Shown: positions 1 to 8,994, counted from the first letter of the stretch. The stretch is DNA of 64,000 nt from an uncultured Gammaproteobacteria bacterium (GCA_964553245.1 CAZKJM010000002.1:5878-69877), one strand, 5' to 3'. A program made the numbers and translations. The notes: generated by a model from the sequence alone, not told the origin.

Positions 1-125
1 GTCATCATGCCTCAGGAAATGGAAAAATTAAATTAATTATTTTTTTAGTAGAACCACATTTATTAAAAATTTAATATTGACTTAATTTAAAAACAAAGAT
101 TTTGCGATAATATTAATAGAAAAAC

Positions 126-154
126 TTGACACTATTTATATTTTATTTTACAGT
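126..154 (+). promoter_or_regulatory. sigma70-type promoter for the 213..1541 gene
   Basis: TTGACA (126-131), 17-nt spacer, TACAGT (149-154). Confidence 0.55.
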
Positions 155-212
155 TATAGTTGAAAAGTAATGCCCGATTTAATTTAAGAAGGAGTTTTAA
201 ATTTATCTATTT

Positions 213-1541
213 ATGAGACTGACAAAACTTATCAGCTTTAAAATATTTATTTTTTCGTTAATCATATTTTTATTCTCTTTTTGTTCTCATGAAAAAATAC
301 TATTACTCCCTTGTGAGTATTTTGGTTGGGATTGTTCGGTGAGTTGTTATTATGGCTATTGTGATGGAGGAGATTGTTGTACCTATCCAGGTGGTAGTGG
401 GGGATTTAGGTGTGTCAGCGGATGCTGTCAAGATATAGATGATTACGGCTATCCAAGTAGCGATTTGTATTGCTGCGGTGGTTATTGTGGTAGTTGCTCT
501 GGTTGTTCAGGTGGGGGTGGTGGTGGGGGTGGTGGTTGTACTCCGGACTGTGATGGAAAAGTTTGCGGAGACGATGGTTGTGGAGGAAGCTGTGGAACTT
601 GTACCTGTACTGGTGCAAACTGCAGAGGTTCTACTTGCAGCGGTGGTCAATGCATACAATATTGTGGAAGTTGTAGCGATACTTATACTCGCTGTTACGC
701 ATATTGGCACGAATCAAATAATCCTTCCTGTAATAAAACTTCTATGATTTCCGGTACAACCAGCTACGATATTAATTGTAGTTGTACATATTCAGGTTCT
801 TGTAATTGTCCTGATCCATACGAAAGTACGACTGTTTGGGGAGAATGTGGGGCTCCAGCAAGCTGTGCTCCGTCAACAACCACTACAACAACAACCAGTT
901 CTTCAACAACAACCAGTAGTGCTGGTTCAACCAGTTCTACAGCATCAACAACAAGTTTGTCCACAACTTCTACAACGAATCCCACAAGATATAGTTGTAA
1001 TCTTGCAACGGGTGATTGTTACACAAGCGCAGGAGGAAGTTATACTAATATTAATACGTGTAACAGTAATTGCGATGCTCATTTTGCCTGTAATCCTTCT
1101 ACCGGAAACTGCGATGCGAGTAGCGGCGGATCGTATACAAGTCGCTATTCTTGTGATGGAGATTGTGATGTTGCCACCACTACAACTACCACAACGTCCT
1201 CTACAACAACTACTGCGCCTGCTTCTACAACAACTTCTTCAACAACTCCCGAAACTTATACTGTTACCGGTCAGGTTTTTGTAGATGAAAATAAAAACGG
1301 AACAAAAGATACAGGGGAATCCTGTTACGAAGGATCAGTTGAGGTTAGTGTTGGGGGAGAAGCACATCAATTTAATAGCACTACTTCGTGTAATACCTAT
1401 TCTTATACAGTTTCCGGACAATGTCCTGTTGTTAATATTGTTCCGCCGACAAATTACGAATCAACCGGTTGGTATGGAACAGACGATTCAAGTAGTGAAA
1501 TCAGCGGCAGTGGTGGATCAGCTTACTTAACTTGTGACTAG
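213..1541 (+). CDS. Secreted Cys/Gly-rich, Thr/Ser-linker surface protein with C-terminal SdrD-B/CnaB-like Ig domain
   Basis: N-terminal hydrophobic signal; CTPDCDGKVCGDDGCGGSCGTC motif; poly-Thr linkers; two tandem Y/FxCNxxTGxC..GGSY..C...CD repeats; TVTGQVFVDENKNGTKDTGE resembles the start of an SdrD-B domain. Confidence 0.75.
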   Translation: MRLTKLISFKIFIFSLIIFLFSFCSHEKILLLPCEYFGWDCSVSCYYGYCDGGDCCTYPGGSGGFRCVSGCCQDIDDYGYPSSDLYCCGGYCGSCSGCSGGGGGGGGGCTPDCDGKVCGDDGCGGSCGTCTCTGANCRGSTCSGGQCIQYCGSCSDTYTRCYAYWHESNNPSCNKTSMISGTTSYDINCSCTYSGSCNCPDPYESTTVWGECGAPASCAPSTTTTTTTSSSTTTSSAGSTSSTASTTSLSTTSTTNPTRYSCNLATGDCYTSAGGSYTNINTCNSNCDAHFACNPSTGNCDASSGGSYTSRYSCDGDCDVATTTTTTTSSTTTTAPASTTTSSTTPETYTVTGQVFVDENKNGTKDTGESCYEGSVEVSVGGEAHQFNSTTSCNTYSYTVSGQCPVVNIVPPTNYESTGWYGTDDSSSEISGSGGSAYLTCD

Positions 1542-1562
1542 AATTTAAAAACTTAATATTAC

Positions 1563-1619
1563 TTGACACTATTCTTTATGTATGGTATAACTATCCTAGA
1601 GTAATAATACTCTAGGATA
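1563..1619 (+). promoter_or_regulatory. sigma70 promoter followed by a perfect 12-bp inverted repeat (operator or RBS-occluding hairpin)
   Basis: TTGACA 1563-1568, 17 nt, TG-n-TATAAC 1583-1591; TATCCTAGAGTA-ATAA-TACTCTAGGATA 1592-1619 covers the AGGA before ATG 1624. Confidence 0.7.
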
Positions 1620-1623
1620 AAAT

Positions 1624-2517
1624 ATGAACAAAGAAATAGGAGTTAAAGGTTTTAAAAAAGTAATCGCCGTTGCAGCAATGGTTCCTTCTATATTAATTGG
1701 AGCTTCGGAAGTAGCATCTGCTCAAGAATCTCAAGATAGTTCTAGGAATACAGACAAAATAGCAACAAGTGTTATAGGCGAAGCTTGGTCAAGCGAAAAT
1801 TCTCCATTTATAGATGTTTTTCCAAATGATCCTTATTATACTGGCATAACAGAGCTTAATAATCTTGGAGTTATCGAGGGTTACAAAAATGGAAGCATTC
1901 TGGAATTTAGACCAAACGATATGCTTAAAAGAGCTCAGTTTGCAAAAATAATCGTCAAAGCATTGAGTATTCCTGTTTCCGAACAAGATATCTCGCGTTT
2001 TAAAGACGTAGAAATAAGTGGTCCTGAATCTTTTTACCCTGATAATTATATAGCAGCAGCAGTAAGAGAAGGGATTATAAAAGGAAAAACAGAAGAAGAA
2101 TTTGGTCCATACGAAGATTTAACCAGAGACCAGACAGCGACTATGTTAATAAGGGCTTTGAGTAAATTGCCTGGATTACTTGATGAAATCCCTGATGGTT
2201 ATAATTCTAGTTTTAATGATGAATCAAATATTCATAGCGAAAATTTAAAAAAAGCTGAATATAATAGTTTGTTTTATGGAATAGATTTGGGTAAAAATGG
2301 CGGAACAAGAGGAGAAACAGCGCAAATTGTTTTTAATGCCTTAGAAATAATAAGTATAAATAAATGGATTAGCGACAACGGTTTAGATAAGTATGGGAAT
2401 CCTAATGGTACAAAGTATGCAGGAGGAAATCCTTTATTTAATGAAAAAACAGGCGAGGTTACAGGAAGATATGAATACATTTTAACTAAACATCCGGACA
2501 AGCCTTGGACTTCGTAA
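1624..2517 (+). CDS. Secreted S-layer homology (SLH) domain protein with an uncharacterised C-terminal domain
   Basis: Signal peptide (ASA-Q); SLH-type repeats FIDV..GVIEGY..FRPND.LKRAQFA, GIIKGK..FGPYEDLTRDQTA and TRGETAQ. Confidence 0.8.
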   Translation: MNKEIGVKGFKKVIAVAAMVPSILIGASEVASAQESQDSSRNTDKIATSVIGEAWSSENSPFIDVFPNDPYYTGITELNNLGVIEGYKNGSILEFRPNDMLKRAQFAKIIVKALSIPVSEQDISRFKDVEISGPESFYPDNYIAAAVREGIIKGKTEEEFGPYEDLTRDQTATMLIRALSKLPGLLDEIPDGYNSSFNDESNIHSENLKKAEYNSLFYGIDLGKNGGTRGETAQIVFNALEIISINKWISDNGLDKYGNPNGTKYAGGNPLFNEKTGEVTGRYEYILTKHPDKPWTS

Positions 2518-2578
2518 AAATAAACTCCTTATCTATTGACAATACTTTCTTAAGTAAGTTATGCTTTAGTTAGCCTTA

Positions 2579-4084
2579 ATGAAAAAGCTAATTAGGTTAT
2601 TAATAATATTAATTTTGCTATTTTTGATCCTCAGAAACGAAACGGTTGTTTATGCAGAATATTGTGAATCCAATACATATACTCTGTCTAGTTGCGAAAA
2701 TTATTTTTGTGACATAGACAATGATGAATATTGTAAGTATGATAGTACAACACCTTTAGGCGTAGATCTTTATAGGTGTTGTTGGGATATTAAATGTCCA
2801 AGTAGTTTATATACGTGTCCTAATGGAACACAGGTGCCTCGCCTAGAAAGATACAAATGCGAACCTCAGTGTCCGGCAACAACGACTTCTACAACAACAT
2901 CGTCAACAACAACAACGACTATTGCAGGAGGTGGAGGGGATTGTCTTGGCGAAGGAGAAGTTTGCTGGCTTGATGGACAGTGTTGTTCTGGAGACTGTAA
3001 TTGGTTTATTTGTACTACTCCAGCGACCACTACGACTACAACAACATCAACAACCACTTCTACTACTTCAACTATAACCACAACAACCTCCGCTGGTTCA
3101 ACTACAACCACAACAGCTACTCCCTCAACGAATTCTTTTGTTGTCAATTTTGGAATAAGCGCCGAAAATGAACCTTGGATTCAGTCAAAAGGATCGGACT
3201 TAAGACTTGAGGGTATAGTTTCCGGAGGCGGAATCGGAAGCGGAACAGGAGGATATAATTTTAGTATTCCCGAAAATCCGGAGACTACTCTTTGCGGTCC
3301 GGATCAAACTTATGCATCAATTCCTGGAACCGGCTCCCACGGAATAATTTTTTCCGGGGATTCTGATTATTCTTTTTGCGAGGGAGGAGTATGCCAGGAT
3401 CGGGCAAGCACTAATCAATGGGTGGTTGGAGGAGGAACGTATCAGGAAACTTATGCACCTGTTAACTCCGGCGGAAGATTAAAAACTTCTTATGAATATA
3501 TTAGCGCAAGAATAGCAGAAGCTGGAATTACCCCAACGGTTATTACGGATCTTAGTGTAGGCTTAGCAAACGGGGTTTATTTAGTAAATGGAGGATTAAC
3601 AACGCCAGCGAGCGGATATACATTCTCTACAGGAAAAAATTACGTAATTTTAGTTAATGGAGACTTAACAATTGCAGGAAATGTTTTGGTTCCAAACGGA
3701 TCTTCAGTTTCTTTTATAGTTAAAGGAAATATTATTGTAAACAACGATGTTGGAGAAAGTTTGCAAACAAGTTCTTGTACTATTCCAAGAACGCTTAATG
3801 CAGTTTCTACGGGATGCAATATAGAAGGATATTATTCCGCAAATGGCATATTTACAATGCTTGGAACAGGGGAATGCGCAACCGAAAAAAGACTGAATCT
3901 TGCAGGAAGTCTTGTTGTTAACGCAAATTTAGCAACCTCAAATGCTTTTGATAATCAAAGAGATCTTTGTGCAGGAAATGCAGTTTGTCCTGTTTTTACA
4001 ATTACCGAAAGACCTGATTTTCTTTTAAATGCACCTGATCTTATAAAACGCTCCAATTATATTTGGCAGGAAGTAGCACCGTAG
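2579..4084 (+). CDS. Secreted Cys-rich/Thr-rich surface protein with a C-terminal beta-rich domain ending WQEVAP
   Basis: Signal peptide (VYA-E); Cys modules incl. knottin-like CLGEGEVCWLDGQCCSGDC; Thr tracts; VNGDLTIAGN/VKGNIIV beta repeats; TTGACA at 2536. Confidence 0.75.
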   Translation: MKKLIRLLIILILLFLILRNETVVYAEYCESNTYTLSSCENYFCDIDNDEYCKYDSTTPLGVDLYRCCWDIKCPSSLYTCPNGTQVPRLERYKCEPQCPATTTSTTTSSTTTTTIAGGGGDCLGEGEVCWLDGQCCSGDCNWFICTTPATTTTTTTSTTTSTTSTITTTTSAGSTTTTTATPSTNSFVVNFGISAENEPWIQSKGSDLRLEGIVSGGGIGSGTGGYNFSIPENPETTLCGPDQTYASIPGTGSHGIIFSGDSDYSFCEGGVCQDRASTNQWVVGGGTYQETYAPVNSGGRLKTSYEYISARIAEAGITPTVITDLSVGLANGVYLVNGGLTTPASGYTFSTGKNYVILVNGDLTIAGNVLVPNGSSVSFIVKGNIIVNNDVGESLQTSSCTIPRTLNAVSTGCNIEGYYSANGIFTMLGTGECATEKRLNLAGSLVVNANLATSNAFDNQRDLCAGNAVCPVFTITERPDFLLNAPDLIKRSNYIWQEVAP

Positions 4085-4089
4085 AAAAC

Positions 4090-4208
4090 CAGCAATTTAG
4101 CTAATAGCCAATAGCTAATAGTTTTTACCCCATGTACTATATATTAAAATGCCATAAGTTATTTCCTAATATGCTATTTTCTATGCGCCATAAGCTATAC
4201 GCTATTTT
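4090..4208. repeat. Heptamer inverted-array element A (empty)
   Basis: TAGCTAA TAGCCAA TAGCTAA TAGTTTT (4098-4125), then the inverse array CCATAAG TTATTTC CTAATATG CTATTTT CTATGCG CCATAAG CTATACG CTATTTT (4152-4208). Confidence 0.8.
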
Positions 4209-4253
4209 GCAAATTTGACTTTTAAGATTAAAAATGGTAATTTCCGTAAATAT

Positions 4254-4595
4254 ATGTCAGGTAGATATGAACAAGAAAAAAGAAGAATAGAAGAAAGCGG
4301 AAGCCCGCTTGTTAAGCATTCCAGAAACCAACATAAAATAAAGTCGGGCATGGAGGGAGATATTAGAGTTTCTAGAACATTGTTTTTTAGCGATGATAAA
4401 GCATCGAGGGCAAGAGCAAGAAATGAATTAAGGTGTTTAATTACTGGTTTAATAATTTCACAAATGGAAAGATGTCTTAAGCATTTTACGGAAAGAGGAA
4501 GGGTAACACCAGAGGAGGCAGATTTTTTTAATAAACACAAAGGTGAAATTAGTGATTATGGAGATTTTCCGCGATTAAAACCAAGCTACGATTAA
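4254..4595 (+). CDS. Hypothetical basic protein (orphan) between two heptamer elements
   Basis: ORF 4215..4595, first ATG at 4254; no recognisable motif. Confidence 0.45.
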   Translation: MSGRYEQEKRRIEESGSPLVKHSRNQHKIKSGMEGDIRVSRTLFFSDDKASRARARNELRCLITGLIISQMERCLKHFTERGRVTPEEADFFNKHKGEISDYGDFPRLKPSYD

Positions 4596-4597
4596 TA

Positions 4598-4703
4598 TAG
4601 TATCAGCTTATAGTGCATAGCTTATGGGGAATGGTTAAGAATAGAATTTAGTTTTTTAGCTTAGCACATTGTTCCTATACGCTATTTGCTATATTGCCAT
4701 TAT
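4598..4703. repeat. Heptamer inverted-array element B (empty)
   Basis: CAGCTTA TAGTGCA TAGCTTA TGGGGAA TGGTTAA ... TAGAATT TAGTTTT, then CTATACG CTATTTG CTATATTG CCATTAT; 18 nt (4672-4689) identical to 11548-11565. Confidence 0.75.
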
Positions 4704-5362
4704 TGTGTTGTTCCTTCGGGGAAAGAAAAAGCTGCATTTACAGTTTTTCTAAGAACAGATTTTGATATGCCCTCCGCTGTTGTTTGTGCTTTTGGTTGGA
4801 ATCTAATTTTTGTTTCACCCTTAAAACCATAGACTTTGTTAAAAGTTAATGTTGCAATACTTCCGGTTCCGCTGATTCCTCTTTGTCCTAAGGCAATACC
4901 TACAGCATAAGTAATAGTTCCGTTTACAGGGTCAATTTTTTTAATTAATTCTGTCCATTCTTTATTTAAGTTTCCTAATTTTATATCCACGTTTGTTAAA
5001 GCCTTTGGATCATAAGTTAACTCAAATTGTACTGCGGTAATTTTATTATTGCCCGTTGTTACATTTGCATCGAGATTATATTCTTTTGCAAATGTAACTT
5101 CATTTGTTGTTTCGTATGGAGTATCTGCAAATCTGATTTCCGTTTGGGCATAGACTAGAGAATCCTTGGTAACTGAGGTTTGCTGTTTTTCTTCCTTTAC
5201 CGTAGACGAAGATACTGCTAAATAAACTAATCCGATTGTAGCTAGTACCAAAGCAATTATTAAAATTATTGTTTTTCCCGGCGGCAAATGCTGATTTAAT
5301 TTTTTCTGCACCGGTAAGGTGGTTTCCTGTGCATTTTTTGGTTGTTCTAAATTTTCTTCCAT
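4700..5362 (-). CDS. Membrane-anchored cohesin-like domain protein
   Basis: One N-terminal TM helix (IILIIALVLATIGLVYLAV), then a cohesin-type pattern ITAVQFELTYDPKAL...GTITYAV...GTGSIATLTF. Confidence 0.7.
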   Translation of the reverse strand: MEENLEQPKNAQETTLPVQKKLNQHLPPGKTIILIIALVLATIGLVYLAVSSSTVKEEKQQTSVTKDSLVYAQTEIRFADTPYETTNEVTFAKEYNLDANVTTGNNKITAVQFELTYDPKALTNVDIKLGNLNKEWTELIKKIDPVNGTITYAVGIALGQRGISGTGSIATLTFNKVYGFKGETKIRFQPKAQTTAEGISKSVLRKTVNAAFSFPEGTTQ

Positions 5363-5366
5363 AGGG

Positions 5367-5408
5367 CAGTTATTTAATTATCAATTATCAATTATCACTT
5401 GTCAAATA
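5367..5408. repeat. Heptamer tandem array (TCAATTA type)
   Basis: TTAATTA TCAATTA TCAATTA TCACTTG TCAAATA. Confidence 0.6.
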
Positions 5409-5423
5409 TTAATTTGTTTTATT

Positions 5424-7382
5424 TTATTCGCCTTGCTGGTTTGCCCAGTCGCGCATATATAAATTATAGTCGAATTCGTTTCTTGTACCGTTATCATCTA
5501 AATCTGCAATTATTTTAAATCTTTCATTGGAATTACATTTTGTAGCATCATAAGAATTAAATCCTTCTATGCAGCTTACTAAATCCGCATAGTCATTTAT
5601 GTCTAATTTGTTGTTTACATCCATATCTCCGGTAACTAATCTTACTATTGGTGTTTGATTGGTAGCTGATGTATTAACAGCCAGTATTCCCGGTATTCTT
5701 CGTTTTAAGTATCCTTCTGACCAAGTTCTTACAATATAGTTTCCGGATGTAAAACTTACTCCCAAGTCAACTGTTCCAACAAATTTTCCGTAATTTGCGC
5801 TTCCGCTTGCAGTTTGATAATCAGCATATCCTGTTTTTAATGTATTAAGCGGTTTATCATTTGTGTCGTAAAAATCAATATATATTTGCCTTGATGGTCT
5901 TGTTGGATTTAGAGTCGATCCGCATCCTTGTTGTCTTTGCGCTTCGGTGCAATTTATGTCATTTGGATTGGCATTGTCTCCGGTTGTTCCGATCCCATCT
6001 AATCCAAGTACAAGAGTTAATGTATTGTTAGAAGGTTTTGTTGTAGATGTGGTTGTGGTTATAGTACTTGTAGACGATGATGTTGTTGGAATTGTAGAAG
6101 ATGTTGCTCCCGTGGTTGTTGTCGTGGTTGTTATTTTTGTTGTTGTAGTTCTGCAGGATGATTTACAGCTTTCTTCGCTAAGATCTCCACAGACGCCATC
6201 AATTCTTCGGCAACTGTAATCACTTGTATAGCATGTCCAATATGGATCATGCAATCGTGGATAATCTTTGCATTGACATTGGTTATTTACGCATTCCTGA
6301 TCTGTCCTGCAGGCATTTATTTCGCAATCTACGTTTTCTCTATTGTTTTCTCTGCATTGTCTTCCACCTTCTTTTTGGGAATAGGTTACTGTTTTTGTTC
6401 CGGCTGTTGGTCCACAAAGTCCTGAATTTTTTGCTGTGCATTGAGTTTCTGTTACCTTATCTGTTGCATCGCAGTCGGGTATTGTTGTTGGGGTTGAACA
6501 ACTAGCTATTACTGATCCTGCTGTGCAAGTTGAGTCATAAGAATAACTTTTGTTTTCTAACTTTGTTTCGGGATCCATTCCCGTTCCGCACGCACCATTT
6601 ATGGGATCGTAAGTTACTCTACAATCTTTGTATGTGTCGCTACATCGTGAGCATTTATTATCCCCTGATGTTGGTTTGCAATAAGCCTCTACTTCTTCCG
6701 CTGTTTTTCCTTCGCAGGGTCCGGCAGGATAGTTTATACAGTCACCGCAAACAATCTGATTTTGCTCTGCATTACCTGGTATATTGTTTTTATCACAAAG
6801 TTCATTTTCAGCAACTGTCCAAGTTGTTCCACAGTATTTAGTTCCGTTACATTTATGGCACGAATTTATTCCCGTAGAGGTTTTAGGACATTGTGGTTCA
6901 CAATTATATTCTGCAAGAAGGGGCACAGATGTTCCATCGGGACATACATACATTGTAGCAGGACATTTAATATTTTCGCTTGTACTTGTTGGTTTGGTCT
7001 TAGAGCATTTTTTAGTTTCGGAGCCTTCGGTACATGTCCATTCCCACTTAGTTGATGTATCTTTTTCATTTCCTACAATACCTACAATGCAAGTAAATTC
7101 ATTGGTTGTCCCGCACTTGGCTGTTTTTACTTCGTTTATAATAGTTGTGGTTGTTGGAGCTGTACAACAAACCTTCCAATATTGACCAATAGAATCTCTT
7201 CCGGTAGTAATTGCACTACAAGTATATCCTTGAGATTTATAATTATTCCAAGCAATGCTAGCAGTTGTGTAATTGTGGTAAGTGATGCAATCGGCAAAAA
7301 CAGTTTTTGTAAATATTATTATTAATATTATTAAAAAAACTGAAGAAAATATAACAGAAGAAAAACGAATAAATTTATTCAT
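5424..7382 (-). CDS. Secreted Cys-rich modular protein with Thr linker and C-terminal dockerin-like domain
   Basis: Signal peptide (VFA-D); many Cys modules; paired Ca-binding loops GDMDVNNKLDINDY and ADLDDNGTRNEFDY. Confidence 0.8.
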   Translation of the reverse strand: MNKFIRFSSVIFSSVFLIILIIIFTKTVFADCITYHNYTTASIAWNNYKSQGYTCSAITTGRDSIGQYWKVCCTAPTTTTIINEVKTAKCGTTNEFTCIVGIVGNEKDTSTKWEWTCTEGSETKKCSKTKPTSTSENIKCPATMYVCPDGTSVPLLAEYNCEPQCPKTSTGINSCHKCNGTKYCGTTWTVAENELCDKNNIPGNAEQNQIVCGDCINYPAGPCEGKTAEEVEAYCKPTSGDNKCSRCSDTYKDCRVTYDPINGACGTGMDPETKLENKSYSYDSTCTAGSVIASCSTPTTIPDCDATDKVTETQCTAKNSGLCGPTAGTKTVTYSQKEGGRQCRENNRENVDCEINACRTDQECVNNQCQCKDYPRLHDPYWTCYTSDYSCRRIDGVCGDLSEESCKSSCRTTTTKITTTTTTTGATSSTIPTTSSSTSTITTTTSTTKPSNNTLTLVLGLDGIGTTGDNANPNDINCTEAQRQQGCGSTLNPTRPSRQIYIDFYDTNDKPLNTLKTGYADYQTASGSANYGKFVGTVDLGVSFTSGNYIVRTWSEGYLKRRIPGILAVNTSATNQTPIVRLVTGDMDVNNKLDINDYADLVSCIEGFNSYDATKCNSNERFKIIADLDDNGTRNEFDYNLYMRDWANQQGE

Positions 7383-7447
7383 TATTTAAAATAATTTCTA
7401 TATGTTTAGATTACTAAATAGAAACAGGGGATGTCAAGAGAGACAAA

Positions 7448-7566
7448 TGGGAATTAGCGTTTAGCGTCTAGCAACTAGCGTATGGTTAGTTTTAAATTTT
7501 TAAGCATTAAAAATTGATAATCAACTATTTATTAGCCCCTATTTGCCATAAGCTATATGCTGGTGG
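7448..7566. repeat. Heptamer inverted-array element C (empty)
   Basis: TGGGAAT TAGCGTT TAGCGTC TAGCAAC TAGCGTA TGGTTAG (7448-7489); CTATTTA TTAGCCC CTATTTG CCATAAG CTATATG (7525-7559). Confidence 0.8.
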
Positions 7567-7573
7567 TTGCTAA

Positions 7574-8953
7574 TTATTCTCCTTGTCCGGTGGGGAGCTC
7601 TCTTATTAAAAGGTTGTAATCATATTCGTTTATTACGCTGTTGTCGTCTAAATCAGAAAGTTTTTGGTAATTTGTTCCGGATTTGCAGGTTTCGTTATTG
7701 TCTTTACTAAAGGTAGAGCAACTAACCAAAATATTGTAATCCCTTATATCCAAAAGATTATCTTCGTTAACGTTTCCGTTTATAAGCCTAGTTGTCGGAA
7801 CTGTGTTTTTTTGTCCGGATGTTATTACTTGGGTTTGAGAAGCAGTTTTTCTTAAGAACCCCGGAGATTTTACTTTTATTACATATGTTCCAGATGTTAT
7901 ATTTTCCAGTTCCGCTGAACCTTTGAATTTTCCTGTAGCTGAATCATAGGTTATTGTTGCTAATTTTTCGGAAACAGCAAAAGATCCTTGCTGGCTAATT
8001 ATTTCTATGTTTAGATTTCTGTCTTTTGTGTTTGGGTTTTGATTTGATCCGCAGCCTTCTTGTCTTTGGGTTTCTGTACAATTTTTATCTTCCGGATTCG
8101 GCGTGTCTCCTGATGTTCCGATTCCGTCAAGTCCGATTACAAATTCCAATATCGTTTTATTTGGGATAGTGGTGGTTGTAGAAGAAGACGCTGTGGTTGT
8201 TGTTGAACTTGCGGTAGTAGAAGTCGTGCTTTTAGTGGTTGTAGTTTTTGGGTGTGTTGTGGTGGTTGTTTTTGATTCGCATATTCCGGTTGATTCGTTA
8301 CAGGTTTGGCTTGAGGTACATTTATTTATACTGCAGGTTTCATAGACTCTTTCGTCGCTTTCTTTGCAATTGGTGGTTTCTTGAGCATTTGGGTCATTTG
8401 GGTCTTTATAGGCAGTGTACGAACATTGTTTCCTGCTGTTGTTTTTGCATTTTCCGTCTTCTGCCTGATCGGGATCGCATTCCGTACAATTTGTCGGTCT
8501 TGTATTACACTCGGGAAGAGTATTGCAAGAAGAGGTGTCTACTCCTTTTTCGGAGCAGTTTTTGGTAGCATATTGGCTGCTTCCGCTTGTTCCATCGCAA
8601 TTGCAATTTAATGTATATTTGGCATTCCAAGTATCTGTACATCCTTCTGTGCTTTCCCAATCAGCATTGCAATATATATATGTGTCGCTACAACGGCTGC
8701 ATTCTTTTTTTGTGCCAAAGTAATTGTTGCAGCAATGATATTTTTGAGGATTAGTGTTTTCAACCGGTTTACAAGTAGAGCCTTCTAGGATACAGCTTTC
8801 ATTGCAGTTTGAGCGATCATAATAGCTCCAACCGCATTGTTCAATAGAAGTAACTTTTGTTGTGGTTGTGGTAGCATTAATAACTTTTATAAATGCAGAG
8901 AGTCCAAATATTGAGAAAATAACAACAGTGAATAGTAATTTGAAAAATTTCAT
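7574..8953 (-). CDS. Secreted Cys-rich modular protein with dockerin-like C-terminus (paralogue of 5424..7382)
   Basis: Start moved to ATG 8953 (MKFFKLLF signal; promoter TTGACT 8992-8987, 17 nt, TATGCT 8969-8964); shared GLDGIGTxGD..NP...CTE.QRQ.GCGS block; GNVNEDNLLDIRDY and SDLDDNSVINEYDY loops. Confidence 0.8.
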   Translation of the reverse strand: MKFFKLLFTVVIFSIFGLSAFIKVINATTTTTKVTSIEQCGWSYYDRSNCNESCILEGSTCKPVENTNPQKYHCCNNYFGTKKECSRCSDTYIYCNADWESTEGCTDTWNAKYTLNCNCDGTSGSSQYATKNCSEKGVDTSSCNTLPECNTRPTNCTECDPDQAEDGKCKNNSRKQCSYTAYKDPNDPNAQETTNCKESDERVYETCSINKCTSSQTCNESTGICESKTTTTTHPKTTTTKSTTSTTASSTTTTASSSTTTTIPNKTILEFVIGLDGIGTSGDTPNPEDKNCTETQRQEGCGSNQNPNTKDRNLNIEIISQQGSFAVSEKLATITYDSATGKFKGSAELENITSGTYVIKVKSPGFLRKTASQTQVITSGQKNTVPTTRLINGNVNEDNLLDIRDYNILVSCSTFSKDNNETCKSGTNYQKLSDLDDNSVINEYDYNLLIRELPTGQGE

Positions 8954-8994
8954 AGCTATTTTGAGCATAGTAAAGACAAACAGAGAAGTCAATA

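Noticed and set aside
1-36. 3' end of an upstream gene
   Set aside because: Too short to fix the frame or product.
415-8723. Val-rich, His-rich and Gln-rich alternative-frame ORFs in the surface island
   Set aside because: Shadows of Thr/Cys/Gly codon repeats in the real genes.
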